64,000 bases of DNA from Octopus sinensis (lineage: Eukaryota). Positions 62,511 to 64,000 of this stretch are shown one piece after another. Each line of letters opens with the position of its first letter. Position 1 is the first letter of the stretch. The notes under the pieces are model-generated. The model saw only the letters and a list, made by a program, of their open reading frames with translations. It was not told where the DNA came from and made no database searches. The position numbers and the translations under genes were made by a program. The stretch spans positions 139,686,001 to 139,750,000 of the forward strand of contig NC_043000.1 of assembly GCF_006345805.1 (NCBI RefSeq), in the 5' to 3' direction.

Positions 62511-62789
62511 TATAATATATACATGCTATAACAGAACTCTGACATGGATCCTTAGATCCAGCCTTAGCTGTGATCTTGGAACCTATCAGTCAACCATCTA
62601 TTTCACTTACCCAGTATGCCTATTCATTTAGATCACAAGTGAACTAAACCCCTCATATTTTATATATGTATGTGTGTGTGTGCGTGTGTGTGCATTTGCC
62701 TGTATGTGTGCATGTGCGTATGTGTGTGCTGTGTGTGTGTGAAATAATGTGATCTAGTAGTTAGCTGTGTTGCACTCACAATCATAAAA

Positions 62790-63050
62790 TCATATTTTTG
62801 GTTCCCAGGTCAGCTGTACATTGTGTTCTTGAGGAAGACACTCCATTTCAGATTGATCCAGTCCACTCAGCTACAAGTGGGTAACCCTGTGACACCTTAG
62901 CCTAGAGTGTAATCAGGCAGTATGTTGGCTTACCTGCCTTTCCGGTGGCATTTCATCATTCAAAACCTAAAGCAATGCAAACCATATTGTGACCAGCTAT
63001 GTATAAAATTTGATAGTCTAGCCAATCACATGATCACATGATCACATGAT
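62790..63050 (+). mobile_element. Old SINE (E-like core, (TCACATGA)n tail)
   Basis: CCAGTCCACTCAGCT core and a tail related to the 41499 insert. Confidence 0.5.
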
Positions 63051-63119
63051 CTGTATATATGTATGTGTGCGTGTGTGTGTGTATGTGCGCATGCTTGTGT
63101 GTGTGTGTCTGTGCATGTG

Positions 63120-63170
<51 letters not shown>

Positions 63171-63726
63171 TGTATATAGACAGTTTTACGTTATTTTTCT
63201 CTTGAAGAGTCTTCTCTCTCTGAACTCGCAACTTTTGTCTCCTTTTTACTTCTATAGTTCATATTTTCATTGTTACGTTTTTCTATTTTTCCTGCCCCTT
63301 TTCATGCCTCCCTAATTTTCTTCTCTCACAGAACAACCTTTTGTACCATTCTTGCATTTCTAATTATTTTTTCCTCGATATTTCTTTCATTCTCTCTAAA
63401 TTCCTTTCTCCCCTTCAATTCACAACTTTTCTTTCTCTTCCATTCCTTTGTTCATGCCTTCCTTCCATACTAACATGTCTCACACCAATATACTTGCATA
63501 CATCTCAATCACAAACTCCACATTTCCTTTACCCCCACCCTGCTTTTTCCCTCACATTTATGTTCTTTTCTCTAACTCCAATGGTTTCCTCACTCATGCA
63601 CACCCAAATCAATACCTCACTCCCCTTACAAACCCATGCTCCTATAGTTAACCACTAGCACTCCTCTACGTTTATACACACACACAACTTCCTCCTTATC
63701 CTCATCACAAAACATGGATGTGCATA

Positions 63727-64000
63727 TCCTTGGTCTAATCACTAAGTCTCCGGACTGTTGCCATAGTAACGAAGCTAAAGCACAGCATGAAGTCACTTGG
63801 CATAGATTGACCTTAAACTCTGCTGTGCATGCGCACTAAGTTTTAACCTTTTACCCAATTTCCACTGCTTACAGCAGTACTTGGAAGGAGGGTGTGTAGT
63901 GTGTGATCATCGCATTGACCATGACAGAGAAAGTTGAGCAGGGAATCTTCATCAAATTTTGTCAAAAAATCTTGACAAACCTGCTCAGAGGCTTTACACA
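63727..64000 (+). mobile_element. 5' end of a decayed mariner element; ATG at 63921; runs off the window
   Basis: MTEKVEQGIFIKFCQK matches the mariner EQRxxIKFC N-terminal motif. Confidence 0.7.

Overview
AT-rich, repeat-dense eukaryotic DNA with no prokaryotic genes, rRNA, genuine tRNA or CRISPR. The SINE, LINE and MITE families match what I recall from Octopus (coleoid cephalopod) assemblies; this is recall, not a database result. The window holds about 19 copies of one tRNA-derived SINE (family A), other SINE families (B, D, E, F), 5'-truncated RTE/BovB and RTEX LINEs, and decayed mariner, Gypsy, Penelope-like and RLE-LINE remnants. It also has piggyBac-like and other TIR MITEs, two Helitron-type elements, several long palindromes and many microsatellites. 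Nearly all ORFs in the supplied track are microsatellite or TE artefacts. Two host-gene signals were inferred by hand from splice sites and phase compatibility: the 3' end of an unidentified minus-strand gene (small exons from about 41 kb down to a stop at 9468) and three plus-strand phase-1 microexons at 5.0-7.0 kb. The most unusual observation is two retroposon insertions whose 5' junction carries an inverted copy of nearby genomic sequence. Other notable items are repeated nested insertion into the SINE-A internal microsatellite, a minisatellite built from a Pol III B-box, and snap-back hairpins at TE junctions. Coordinates were counted by hand and may be off by a few bases.
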